From: Conger conger
Lineage: Eukaryota
Reading direction: 5' to 3'
DNA length: 64,000 bases
Assembly (NCBI RefSeq): GCF_963514075.1
Contig: NC_083776.1
Location: forward strand, 18,758,415 to 18,822,414
Below, one piece after another: positions 47,476 through 60,608 of this stretch. Numbering within the stretch: the first letter of the stretch is position 1; each line of letters begins with the position of its first letter. The position numbers and the translations under genes were made by a program. The notes beneath the pieces are model-generated. The model did no database searches, was not told where the DNA came from, and saw nothing but the letters and a program-made list of their open reading frames with translations.

Positions 47476-48654
47476 CCATAATGCAATGTAATGCTTCAGC
47501 GCCATCAGAGGTGGTTCAAGTTTGGCAGACCTTCCCCCCTCCTCATTGACTATACCCCAGCTTAACCCTGGAGCCTACATGAGAACCCAAAGATCCTCCC
47601 AGGGCTTTGAGCGGGTCCATTCAGTCCCACTGGTGCAACGCTGCTCCTGGGAATTTCCCCCTGCTCCCGAATCGTGGAATGTTGCGGAGAAACAAACTCA
47701 GAGGCAATGAGGTCATGAGGAGACTTGACTTCTGTCTCCCGGGCGGAGGGAAAGCTGCGTCCGCACACACTGAATAAGGTTACTCTGTTTCACACAGAGC
47801 TGCTGAGGCCAAGCATTTCACACAAATTCCACGAGTAGATGTCAGCGTTTTTTACTTCCCGCTGTTTGCGAGAGACTGACGCTTCGCTCCCATAAATCTT
47901 CTGAAGTAAAACAGTGAAACGGAGCCTGACTCGGCATTAAAAGCAAATTTAAAAAATCATTTTACTTCACAGCTCAGGATAATGATACAGCAAAAAAAAT
48001 ATGAACTATAAATTGCAGTTTGCTGTTAGTTGAACTTCCCCTGAGTGTGTGGCTCTTAGGACCGAACCAAAGGTACAGTTCATGTCAACACCTACACTGA
48101 CTTCACAGATCATTTTTAATTACTTTTACCAACTAATCAGACCAGATCAATACTGACACTACATCAAAGCCTTTATAATACCTTGTTAAATTAAATAATC
48201 GGGTGGTGCTAATGTTTTTTTTGTGTTTTCTGACATACCTTAATTGAAAAAAATCCCCTAATTATTATTAATGACAGTGTGTGACATTATAATAAATGTC
48301 AGCAGTTCTTCCAAGAGAAATGGGCGACGGCTTTTTTGAAGTCGGCATTAAATTCAGAGCTCTGGCAGATGCAGGAGTTTTAGTTGTCTAATTAGGCGGT
48401 TAGCTTGCCAAACATGGTAATGAACACACAAGCTCTTCTGTTGGATGCATGCGGCTCGTACAGATCCTGTCAGGGCAAGGGGACATCTCATGTTTTACTG
48501 CGATTTATTTGTTTTACATTCCTCAAAGCTGGGTGGCATGCAGCCATTTTCTTTTTTTTGCACTTGTCTGTCAGTTTTCGCTGGAGCGTTTGTGAAGAGA
48601 TGATAACTTCCAGCCCTGCCTGTGTTAATGCGGAGGCCCCAAACATGTCCATGA

Positions 48655-48920
48655 CCATCATCTCCAGCACCCAAACGACCAGACCAACCAGATCCCATAC
48701 CCAACCACCATCTCCAGCACCTCAACAACCAGACCCCATACCCAACCACCATCTCCAGCACCCAAGCAACCAGCAGAACAACCAGACCCCTTACCCAAAC
48801 ACCATCTCCAGCACCCCAACAACCAGACCCCATACCCAACCACCATCTCCAGCACCCCAACAACCAGACCCCATACCCAACCACCATCTCCAGCACCCAA
48901 ACAACGAGAACCATTATTAA
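48655..48920. repeat. Tandem repeat of about 6 copies of a roughly 41-bp unit (ccaccatctccagcacccaaacaaccagaccccatacccaa).
   Basis: Periodic ...caaccaccatctccagcacc(c/t)caacaaccagaccccatacc.... The 171-aa ORF at 48405..48920 (PTS/Q-rich) runs through it. Confidence 0.85.
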
Positions 48921-51900
48921 TATCTTGAAACATAAAACATCATGACATTATTCAACTACTGTAAATAACACTCAGCAAGCAATTGATATTATATTGAATT
49001 TTACTTTCTGCATTCATACAGTATGTTTGCTATTACATTTTGATGGAAAGTTTTTCAACCCCCACTTTTATTTGGTTAAATGGACTCAGTGTAAAAGTGT
49101 GTGTGTAAAGATGGAGTCGTGATGATAAACATTCACTCTCACTGTTTACGGGATAAGACAGCAATGTGGTCACAACGTTGTCACAACACCGCCTCAACAT
49201 TATGGCGCGAATGATATACGAGCGTTACATGCTAGCCGGGATGGTATGTAATTTTTCTAAAAATATCAGATTGCCTAGGAAATGGCTTTGGTGGATTTCC
49301 CTGAAAACACAAGGATGCAGCGGCGCAAGGTTATATTTTGAGTTTACTGTTTTAGAACAAATAGATACACACACGCACTGCTTAAGTCAGCCCGACCAAA
49401 ATCACTGACTGTCCCAGAATCCCGCAGTGTGGTCAGGGCTAAAAAGAGCTGGCGGTTTAGGGAGGGAAAAATATAGACTACTTAGGAATGATGGGAACTC
49501 TGCTATGTCAGGGATGATTGGTACTCTGCTTGTGTACTTGAAGACCACACTTCTTCCTCATGCTGCCTAGCCTGCAGACAATGCTACCATGCACTTGGGA
49601 GTTCACTTAAACATTCAGGTTGAGTTATGTTTGTAGAACGAAGGGGCATAAATGGAAATTAGCAAAGGATACATTTCGCACAGACATTAGGAAGTATTTT
49701 TTAACACAAAGTGGTCACTGTGTGGAATAGCTTGGCCAGACTTGATACAGTGCTAGATAGTATTTGGCTTTTAGGCAAACTAAGCAGTAGGTACACTTTA
49801 GTGGTGGGAAAAGGTAGGCATTGCTGGGCTGAATGGCCTGTTCTAGTCATTATGTTAGTGTATGTTATGTTACATGCTTCAAAGTCTCCATCCATGTACA
49901 GTCCATACAGGAAATTCATCCAATTCTACAAGATAACCAGGGTACATGGGTCAGCACATTAGGGAATTCAAGACTGGATAATCAGTTTAGCAATTACGTA
50001 CAAATTGAATGTCCAAATATCACATGAAATTGAAGGACCTTATGAAATAAAAACATATGAGGATTATGTTTAATTTCCAACAAAGCAGATATGTATATTT
50101 CAACAGCTGCTTGACTGCATGGAATTTAATATTTTGTCGACAAACTAGATATAAATACCACAGTCTCCTATTGCCAAAGTTGACCCAAAGGAACCCAAAG
50201 GAACACACAGAACTGCAACAATTTGCATTTAGCATGACCATCGTGATCTTCTTTATGTGCAACTCTCAAGTGTGCTTTTCTCCTGTGGCAATGACACCAT
50301 TTGTTTCCATTCATCAGAAATTCACATATTTCAAGAAGTTGAAAATTGGGTTTTAAGCTGAAACAGTCTTCTGGGTCAGCCGAAATTGTCGGCATTCACA
50401 TCGGTATTTTGAGTATTACCATATTTCTGTAATTCAGCTATCAATAAATACTTGTCCTCGATGTAGGGTTCATATCTTTTTGAGGGTTTATATTAAGCAC
50501 AAGAACATAATTGCTGAGGAAGTTCTCAGTCAGACGGTTGTGTATATCGGTGTGTACAGATGGTGGTTGCGCGGGGTCACAGAGCCATAGAGCCAGCCGA
50601 ATGGTCGAAGCAGGGGTTCATCACTCTGCTATTTTCCCACCAGTCTGTGGGTGCTTCAGAACACAAACATATGCAAGATGAACCCCAGAGCCCACCCCAT
50701 CCCCATTCCCACAATCCTTCACTCTGGCATGTGACAATGGCATTTCAAAGGGAGCCATGACAAATCTAATTTGAGCAATTGATCGCTGGATACCGTAGAC
50801 AGCATTTGAAGTTACCAAGGAGGTCCAAGAGGAGATTCTGTCAAGCGGCCTTATGGGTAATGATACGACTGGAAGAACATGAAAAGTTAATACAAGTTGA
50901 AACAGGGGGAAAAAAGTCCTACTGCGTCCTCCTTTAACCTTGAGCCATGCAGTTTCACAAGTCTCACAGGACTAAACTGTCAAACCAAAATCAGAAACAG
51001 TCCTTAAAGATCCGCTTTGACATGAGAAATGCAACTTGGCAAAATAACGGGGCGTTACAAAAATGAGAGAGAGCAATCAAAAAAACGATCTTCCGCAAAA
51101 TGCATTCCAAACACGCGGACCTTCTAATTGCATGCAGAGACACTAACTCCCAGCCACGGAGGTCAGATGAGCTGAGAGCCAATCCGTGCAGAGGATTCAG
51201 AAGCAGAGCAGGAGAGTGGTCAGAGAATTTCACATGGATCACATCAGCACGAATCTGCTGTTCTACCCATCAGTACTTAGCATGAAATATTTCAGAATAA
51301 AATGTCCAGCTGTTCAAGCAGATGATGCAAACATTTATATATATATTTTTAAATCTAAGAACAGAGGCCCCGATGACCATACAGAGCGTGGACATATTAA
51401 GATGAATCTTAAAATGCACTTTTTCAGTCTGGTTTTAAGTTAGGCTGCTTGCATTTTACCATCATATTCATTCAAATAATCGTATTTATCCACTTTTATT
51501 TGATTGTTTATCTTTAAATTGTGTTTCTTGTATTTATGTCCGTTTAATATGCATATAAACTTGTTTGATGTCCCGTATTTTATCAGCACTTTGCATCCTC
51601 TTCTCATCCTTTGCCTGAATTGTACTACTATATATAAATAAAGTTAGATTTTTTGATAGAAAAATTATCTGCAAAGCAAACACTCAATGGCTTTGCTTGT
51701 GTGTATGTGAGAGTTTTATGAAAAGCATTACAGGTGAAGTACTATTGATTGCACTTTCAGATTAGGATTAAGTAATAAAATGGGGGTTTTCTTTCCTTTT
51801 TTGGACAAAAAAAAAAACAAAACAGCTATGCAGGGCGTGACTGCCTATTCCAACCCAAGCCTTAAAAATCTTTTTCTTCTTTCTTTGAATGAGAGAAGGG

Positions 51901-52454
51901 GGTGAAATGAACAAACAAGTATTGCACAAGAAGGGATAAAGTGGGATTATAAAGCGTCCTCCCCCTCCATATTCCATCTGCAGAAGCTGTTGTGTTCCAG
52001 ATTTTGGGAATCTTGAGTTCATGACATATCGGCATGATTCCATAACATTCAGAACTGATACATCAGAAAGACAGGTGTCTCTTGTGGTTTCAACAAAGAA
52101 ACCAAAACACGCACCAGGAAATGTAGAAAACTGTAGAAATCGAGTTGGGGTGGTGGGGAGTTGGCAGTAAAACTTCCTTTTAGAGCCACGAACACAGATA
52201 GATACCACAGCAAACAACTCTGTTCTCAGAAAGCAATCTAAATAATCTCCTAATGGAAAAATTCATTCCCTGCTTCAAATGGATACCAGGCAGTGGGTTG
52301 AAAGCAGATCTGAAGGAGCATTTAAGTGTTTGTTGCACCAGTATATTAATATAGACACACAAAGTGGAAAAGTGTTCTCATCTCCGAGTGGAACCAGGTT
52401 AACTGGGGGAAAGGCTGACTCACGCAGTCTGTCCAAACTGCAAATGGAGTGGTG

Positions 52455-52625
52455 AGGCTCTCTGTGGTGGCAGCCTGTAGCATAGTGGCTAAGGTACATG
52501 ACTGGTTCAAGCCCTGGGGTATCCACCCTTAACCCCACGTTGCTCCGGGGGGGAATTGCCCCCTGTTTAGTCTAATCAACTGTAAGTCACTATGGATGAA
52601 AGCGTAAGCTAAATAACAAATTATT
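52455..52625 (+). mobile_element. SINE family B partial copy.
   Basis: It contains ggcagcctgtagcatagtggctaaggtacatgactggttcaagccctggggtatccacccttaaccccacgttgctccggggggg..tagtctaatcaactgtaagtcac. Confidence 0.6.
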
Positions 52626-52857
52626 ATGGTCATTCAGACCTTTATTCTCAGGTGAACGATGAAGCCTTTAAAAATCCGAGGCTGAAATAACTGTCCGTTT
52701 ATATTTCACCGTTTATAGTTTTTATTTTCGATTTTTATTCATCATATTTTCTTCAATATGTAAAAATGCAAGCATTGCATATTGACTTCCTGTAGCAGTA
52801 ATAATCAGCTATGTTGACATTGTGAAAGTTTTAGATTAACAAACATGCTGCACATAC

Positions 52858-53155
52858 CAATGTACACTCAGTGAGCGCTTTATTAGGTATTTATTAGACT
52901 TAGTAAACACATGAGCCTGTGTGCGGTAAACACCCTTGTTAAAAAAAGCAGAAAATCACAGGAGATTTCTGATATACTCAAACCAACACCAACAATCATC
53001 TCATGGTCAAAATCACTTAGATCACATTTCTTCTTCTTTGCCTGCTTTTATGCATTTAGTTGCTGCCACAAGTTTGGCTGATTAAATATTTGCATTAATA
53101 AGCTGGTGTACAGGTCCACCTAATAAATTGCTCACTGAGTGTATAAGTTTCATAT
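52858..53155. mobile_element. MITE family D, an uninterrupted copy of about 300 bp.
   Basis: It starts tacactcagtgagcgctttattaggtatttatt and ends tccacctaataaattgctcactgagtgtataag, which are reverse complements. The internal ..agatcacatttcttc..ttagttgctgccaca..ggctgat..aaatatttgcatt.. is shared with 6414-7012. Confidence 0.65.
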
Positions 53156-54844
53156 TAGCCTCTTTAAAATGTCAGGCTCTCTGTGTTGAATAATAAGGTA
53201 GTGCAACTAGATGATGCAGTTTCAGTAAACTGAAAGAAAAGCAGATCTCCTGTACCTCCATACTCACAGAGGAATTGGGGGCGCTCGAAGATGAGCCTCA
53301 TCGTTTCTGCACAAACACAGAGCAGATAAGCATGTAGTTTTTATTTAATCAAAACAAGAAATCTTCCAAATACTGAATATAATCTGCGTTGTTTTTGTGC
53401 TTTGGGAAATTATTTTGGGCACATGTTTACTTCATGGCAGCGCTGTATTTACTTCCTGAGAGGAAGAAGCGGGGCATTGTGGGAGATAAGGTGGAGAGTG
53501 ATGTGTTAAGGTGACAGCCGTGTTTACTCTGTGGGCCATTAGGGTCCCCCAGCTCTCCTTTACCCAGGGGCGGAGGTCAGCCCAATCACCACCCAAATCT
53601 CACTGTCCCTGGGGTACATAGTTCATATTCCCCCAGCTTTCAACAGTGCTTATGTGAATCAGCCCTGTGCCTGGAGATCTACCACCCTGCAGGTTTTCAC
53701 TCGCACCTTAACAAAGCAACACCTCACTCAACACTAAGAGATCTCCTCGAGCTGCTAATTAGCAGAATCAGGTGTGCCAAACTGAAACCTACAGGACGAT
53801 AGATCTGCAGGAAGAGGGCAGGAGCCACTGATGCAAATAGAGATATGCCACCACCCCCCCCCCCATCCCCCCACTTCTCAAAGTCAATAAGGAAATAGCT
53901 AAGGAGCACAGATGTGGACTTTCTGTCAGAATTTGAGTTTGGTTATGTAATATTTCTTTATTTACAGAACCATCCGTGCATCTCTGCTCATGTGCGCTTA
54001 CTGCTGCAGACATGTGAGTGGCATAGACCAGGCCTGCATTTCTCACAGCACATACTGCAGAGTATGCTGCTCATCACTTAGTGCACAGAATACAGACCTA
54101 CACCAGAGCACATATAGTATACTGCATATCTCTTAGTGCATAGAATATCACACAGACCTGACAGTGACAGCGTGCGTGTGCTTATGTGTGTGTGTGTGTG
54201 TGTATGTGTGTGTGTGTGGTGTGGAATATGCATGTAGGGTGTGTATAGTGTGGCACCTACATCCCAGTAGCATCTGCCAACTTGAAACTGAGCATGAGTG
54301 AGTTCTTAACCAGTGTTTAAAATGCTACTGTAGTGCTACTAACTGATGCTACTGTACATGGGTGCAGTATCATTACTGTAAGTGAGATTGAACATGGCCT
54401 GAATCTGTTTCAGAGTGACAGAGCTCCCTCCACATCCTGACACATCACTCTAGGGTGACACAGATGTGTTCCACCAAAAACACTCGGTTTGAGAACATGT
54501 CCCTCTACCTCTGATCTTCAACATGTTCAACAGTCCCCCCCCCAGGGCCCTGGGCTCTGCAGAGGAAAGGGGGGCGGGCTGAGTTCACACAACAAACATG
54601 GCCTCTTCCGTTCGCCTTTCAACACAAACATGGCTTTTCATGCAAAGCTCAGGTGTCAGTCACAGGGTGGGCTCTGTTAGCATCGCGGTCCAGTCTGTGT
54701 GAAGGGAGATCACTGCAGCTGTTCTATAACAGGGCCTATGACAAATTTGAGAATTCCAAACATAAATTTTCCAAAAAATGTCATGTTGCAGAGAATTTTT
54801 TTTATTTTGTTAAATAAACATATTAAGTAATAGGCCACTTTTCG

Positions 54845-54975
54845 GATAAAAAAAATAATCCAGGCTGTCTGGGATTACCTGGATAGCCAGAAGCAAGCGA
54901 GACTGCCAAAGTCTGCAGAAAAACTGCTGCAAGTTCTCCAATATGTTTGGAGATCAGGACAGTGTACCTAAAGTG
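54845..54975. mobile_element. Tc1-family fragment.
   Basis: The stretch ggctgtctgggattacctggatagccagaagcaagcgagactgccaaagtctgcagaaaaactgctgcaagttctccaatatgtttgg is homologous to 21690-21790. Confidence 0.5.
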
Positions 54976-56039
54976 TAAATCAATAATTGAACATTATTTA
55001 CCTTGGTATAATTTGACTGTGTGTCAGTTGTAATTCTACGTCAATTTACAACAAAGGTGGTGGTGACAAGAATCTTTCTTTTCAGTTCTGGTTGCATTCC
55101 ATGCTTGTTGGAGTTTCACTGAAGGAGTGGCTGTTACACAGCTGCTTGTTTGAGTGACTATAGTTTTAAAAACAAAGTGAACACATGTGCACAACCTCTG
55201 GAAAAGAGAAAATAACAGATGAGGGACTGGAGCTTGTAATGACCCACTAATGCCTCCGGGATGCAGGGATGGGATGCACAGAGAGGGGTGGATGTGGGGC
55301 ACTAATATCAGAGCGTCTGACTCCATAATACCAACAGATCCAGGGACCCACACCTTGCAAATGCATCCCGATTTAAAGGACCGTCATCAATTTCAATAGG
55401 GTTGAATGTCAAAAAAGGTAATGAATGGAAGGGGGGGAGGGGGGGGTTGAGATTATAATCACAGAACAGGGGTGGTGATGGGTAGGGGTGTTGAAAACCC
55501 AGGCTGAAATGTACCCTATTCCAATTTACAACATAACACAAGACATATTACTGTGCAAGGCGCTGATAAATGCTATTATTTTTGTAGCTGCAGCCGGTAC
55601 TCAGACACAGAGCTTTACAGTAATCTGCTGATCCGGTGTTGTGTCCCGGCCCTTGGTACAGGAGATGGGGGGGGTTGAGGGCCAGACTGAGGGCCAGTCT
55701 GGCCTGCATTATTACAGGTCCTACCCCCAGCACACAGGCATCATTAACGGGGGCAGTCTGCAGAGTAAACCCTACAGTGAGCTCTTAGTTCAGACTGAAC
55801 AGTCACTTCACTTCAATTTTATTTCTATAGCACTTTTCACAGAAGACTGACGGAAAGACACTTGACAGTGTAACATAAGGTAAAAGGGGAAAAACCAGAC
55901 CTGAGCCCCCGAGTAAGCTCAGGTCCAGTGGGAAACCCTGAAACAGGGGCGAGAAAAAACTCCCCAAAGGGGAGAAATCTCAGGATAGCCAGGATAGCAC
56001 CCACAGCCAGTGACGGCACGCGATGAGGGAGGAACAGGA

Positions 56040-56270
56040 TGGTAATGGTTATCAAAAGCACTTTATAGCTAATGACTCATTCACACATGCTCACACACCA
56101 ACTACAACTGGCTGCCATGCAGGCACAAACCAGCTCATCAGGAGCATTCGGGGGTTAGGTGTCTTGCTCAAGGACACTTCAACACACAACTGGCAACAAA
56201 CTGGCAACCCTCCGACTGCCAGACGACCGCTCTTACCTCCTGAGCCAATGTCGCCAGTTGGGGGGAGGAT
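56040..56270 (+). mobile_element. SINE family A copy.
   Basis: It contains ..tcattcacacatgctcacacaccaactacaactggctgccatgcaggcacaaaccagctcatcaggagcattcgggggttaggtgtcttgctcaaggacacttcaacacac..ctgccagacgaccgctcttacctcctgagccaatgtcgcc. Confidence 0.7.
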
Positions 56271-56570
56271 TGGGGGGTGGGCTGAGCTGTTCTGTCAATA
56301 GAAACAGAGACTATCCTCAGTGGAGTACAGGGGGCAGACAGGAAAAGTACCTGCATTCATTTCACTATGGAGGGCTGGGAAGGTTTTTCTGCTTTTTTTA
56401 ACAGGAGTGTTTACTGCACACAGGCTCATGTGTTTACTAAGCAGCCTCATGTTATTCAAGGATAGCTACTTTCTGTTTACAAATGCACACATTATTTCAT
56501 TTACAAGGCGTCTTTAGTCATAGGATGAAGCTTTGATTAGAGTGAAGTGTTGCTGTGAGATTATGGTTTG

Positions 56571-56574
<4 letters not shown>

Positions 56575-56603
<29 letters not shown>

Positions 56604-56677
56604 TGTGTCTTTGTGAGAGCATACTGTGTGTCTGTGCATGTGTAAGAGAGAGATAGAGAGCATACTGTTTGTCTGCG

Positions 56678-56720
<43 letters not shown>

Positions 56721-56880
56721 GAGCATTCTGTGTGTGTGAGCACACTGTTCGCATGTGTGTGTATGAGCATACGGTGTGCACGTGTTTGCGTGTGTGTGAG
56801 CATACTCTGTGTCTGTGCGTGTGTGTGTGAGAGAGCTTACGGTGTTTGCATGTGTGTGTGAACATACTGCATGTGCGTGT
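56575..56880. repeat. GT/GA-rich compound repeat with a roughly 45-bp unit (gagcatactgtgtgtctgtgcgtgtgtg..).
   Basis: gtgtgtgtgtgtgtgtgtgtgtgtggtgtgtctttgtgagagcatactgtgtgtctgtgcatgtgtaagagagagatagagagcatactg... Confidence 0.85.
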
Positions 56881-59084
56881 GTGTGTTTGTGTAGGTATGT
56901 ATTATTATTAAAATATTGGTCATAATTCAGCCTTTAAATTGATAACCGTGTTTATGAAGAGAAGATCATTTCTGAGATTGTTCTGCAGAAAGGGGTGATG
57001 GAGAGTGTACTTGAGCATTTGGGGTCAAGGCTTGCTCTTTTAATTTCATCTCACTGCTGATTCATGATCATTCCATGAAGGAATACACCATGCCAAAGCT
57101 TTTATAACAGCCTGCTCTGGAGTGTTGAATTAACCTGGTCACAATGGCAACATTATTCAAACTGAAATAAATGCAAGGTATGCAAGGTAAAGAGTTTGCC
57201 CATTAGAGTTCCCTTACAGGCTGGGCAGTCTAATAGCCTGGGACTGCAGGAAGAACTAAGAGCCAGAATTCCCACTGGATTTTCCATTGGTTTCCCTGAA
57301 GCTCTCCACATAGAATGTCCCTGTGCATGTCGCAAAACAGTTACAGTGGGGGAGGGGGGTATATCACAAAACATGAATACTGGAGTGAGTTAGCTGGATA
57401 ACTATGCTGAGCAAAACCCAGAACAGCTCTATTTACTTCAGCCCATGTTCCAGGTTTATGAGGGTTCCGGATTTTACAGTTATCCAGTTAACTCAGTATC
57501 CTGCTTTGTGAAACAGGACCTGGGACCCGAAAAGGACAGGGCTTGGACAGCCTGACATCACCGATTACCCGAGGACCAGTAACTAAATCATTCAGCAAAG
57601 GCAACACGCGCACTGCACTTTGTGTACCTGTCAGACAGCAAGAGCCATCATTCTTTCTTGTGCTTAGAGCAACCAAAAGCCTCACACACATACAAAAAAC
57701 AGCAAAATAAAATCCATGTTAAAAATCAGACATGACTGACCCCGTTTTACTGCTTGTGTTGCCTGTATGAGGTCATTGTTCTGCTTTCAGTTTGGGGCAT
57801 CTTTTTGTCTACCTTTTTAAGACCAATGTTCAGCTTCTAGCTAAACGCGAAATGACCCAGATGGGACCGCATCAGGATGTGGAATAAACATTGCTAATAA
57901 ACATCAGGCCGCTGTTTTCTGTGCTTTCGACATGCAGCCTTCATTTCCTGACCAGTGACTCCGCTAAACAATGGCAGCAGGACCACATTTAGGCCTGCTA
58001 TTGATCTTACACGGTTTACTGTAGCAGGAGATTAAGCTCAATTATACCCCTGCGTGCGTGAGCAGTCAAAATCAACCCATTCTTCATGGGTGCTGCTGGG
58101 GAACAATCCAGCAGGAGGTTAAAGTGTCAGGTGTTCAGTGTGACGAATGGACCAGCCCCATTCACCAGGGTTAATCATTGCTAAATCAGGCCTCGGTGTT
58201 GAATCAGGATGCAAGTCCTATTCCGCGTTACCTCCTCCCATTCCTAACTTTATTAAAGGGCAGTCTATATACTGCCTGCTATTGAGCTGACAGTCCAATG
58301 ACTCTGGGTTATTTCTGATTTTAAAAACTATACAAACACCAGTTAATTATTAAGCATTCTGCCCTTCAAATAAATGTGTACTGGGTGCTGTACGGCTGAC
58401 CTATATGCAATTTCCTATTAATAACTATTAATATCTTACAGAGACTGTAAATTCCTGTACAGTCTAAATGGAATAGCTAACTTCTGTGCTCATAAATATC
58501 ATTGAATAGCAGCTTGGCAGAGGTGTCAACATTGTTTAACCTGTGTAGATATGCAGAGCCCCAAGGTACGGGAACAATACGGGGTTTAAACTTTCACAGG
58601 TCTGCAGGTCTCTAACATGTCCCCTTGTTCCAGGAACAGTCAAAATATTCCAAACATTCTTGCTCTGTTTTGGAAAGCATAATTAATGCCTTTTTAAAAT
58701 ACTGGAATTCCTGGAAACATTGGATTTTATAAACTTGCACGTGGATAACCGGAGGTCAGTGTGGCCTTGGTGCAGACAGCTTTTGAGATGCTCAGGATGA
58801 GAAAAGGATACACCAATGGAGAAACTGTTTTACCAGACCTAGTCATTGAACGGAATATATTTCACCAAAAAGAATGAATGAAAGTTAATGAGAGCAGCAA
58901 TATTAATATGACTATTAATTGTTTTTATCAAATGAAAGGGGCACATCAGGCACCTACATTCAGACAGAGAGCAGAGGCCCAGAATGTGGCAGAAGTCTCA
59001 CATGGACATCACTCCTGCCAAATAAAAAACATTAAAGCAACACTCAAATATTTATAGTGTGACTCAGGACAGGGTGCGTTCTGA

Positions 59085-59295
59085 CGGGAAGCTTTAGTTG
59101 GCTTCACCTCTCTCCTCTCTCTGTGTGACCTGTGTGGCAGTCCACCAAAGCACACAGCACACAGCACACAGCCAGCCCTGCTGCTATGTTGAGTGACTCC
59201 ATTCCTCTCTCCTCTCTCTGTATGACCAGTGTGACAGTCCACCAAACACACAGCACACAGCCAGCCCTGCTGCTGTGTTGAGTGACCCTGTTCCT
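59085..59295. repeat. Tandem duplication of a roughly 105-bp unit, 2 copies.
   Basis: The first unit is ctctctcctctctctgtgtgacctgtgtggcagtccaccaaagcacacagcacacagcacacagccagccctgctgctatgttgagtgac. The second unit is the same with small indels. Confidence 0.8.
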
Positions 59296-60257
59296 CTCAC
59301 CTCACCCTTACAGAAACTCCCACCTTGGCCTCTACAGCGAGTCTACCGGACACACTGACCGGCACTGTGTCAGCACGTTACGTTACGGACCGAGTCAACC
59401 AGCGATTTTATCCAGAGTGAGTTACTGCGCTGGGCTTTACACGTGCTATTGATCTTCCGTACAGCTGGGTTTTCTACAAGAGCAAAAGCCCTTTTCGTTC
59501 CCTCCCTCCCCTGTAGGCAGCAAAGGCAGCGAGGAATTTAGGTCAGCGACTTACCTCAATGGTGACATCAACCTGCTATCAGCATATTACTCTGTTTTGC
59601 GATGTCACCGTAATAGGAGGAAATATGTGCTTTCTATTAAGACTCAGTTACAGTATATTGACTATGAATGATTGCATTGATTTTGTTTTTAACGTATCTT
59701 TGGCCGTATCTTTGGTGGGCTGTTTACATTAGCGCATACATCCATGTACATTTAAAAAGTTTAAACTGAAGCAGAAGAATAGCATTCAAACATCTTCACG
59801 ACTGTTGATGGATGACTGGCAGTCGTGAAAATAATAATGAATACATCTCCTCTTTTACATCGAGCTTACCAAATAAAACAAACAAATAAAATGATAAATA
59901 AATAGTCAAAATAGCACAGAGGCAGAATTCAGGTCATATATAAACAGATTATAACTGAGCGAGAGGATGAGAACTATGATTTTTAAACAGACTTTAAAAG
60001 GGTGAAAGACATTGCCCTGCTGATATTAGACCAACAAATGTTGCATTGGTACTCATTGGCATCAGACAAAAATAGGTTATAATCTGATCTAGTGATGTTT
60101 GGAAGCTTCCAGAAAGAAGGTCAGAGGAGCTCCGACTGAACTGCCCTGGATAAAGAGTAACTGCACTCGTTGTTTCAGCCTGGCCAATTTTGGGGTGGGT
60201 AGAGTAGGTGTGTCCATCTCATTTGAATAAAGTATCTTTTAAGTATTACGTTTTTTT

Positions 60258-60263
60258 AAATTT

Positions 60264-60294
<31 letters not shown>

Positions 60295-60319
60295 GATTAT
60301 TATTATTATTATTATTATA

Positions 60320-60358
<39 letters not shown>
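60258..60358. repeat. (ATT)n microsatellite of about 100 bp.
   Basis: tattattattattattattattattatgattattatt... Confidence 0.9.
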
Positions 60359-60359
<1 letters not shown>

Positions 60360-60361
<2 letters not shown>

Positions 60362-60565
60362 CAAGCGCGGCACGGATGGTGCAGTGGGTAGCACTGCCGC
60401 CTCACAGCAAGGAGGTCCTGGGTTCAAATCCCCGCCAGCCGGGCCTCTCTGTGCGGAGTTTGCATGTTCTCCCTGTGTCTGCGTGGCGTATGACATCAGG
60501 TTACGGTGAGGTCACGATTCGGGCGGGGCCAAGGTGCATTGCCGATCACATACAAAAAGTATATG
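60360..60565. mobile_element. Family C repeat fragment (..ggtagcactgccgcctcacagcaaggaggtcctgggttcaaatccc...gcggagtttgcatgttctccctgtgtctgcgtgg..). It lies immediately 5' of the Tc1 element.
   Basis: This is a characteristic teleost interspersed-repeat segment. It is preceded by a 100-bp (ATT)n tract. Confidence 0.6.
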
Positions 60566-60608
60566 CAGCAGAACCAGACACTCGACCAGTTTTTTAAGGC
60601 AAATCATA

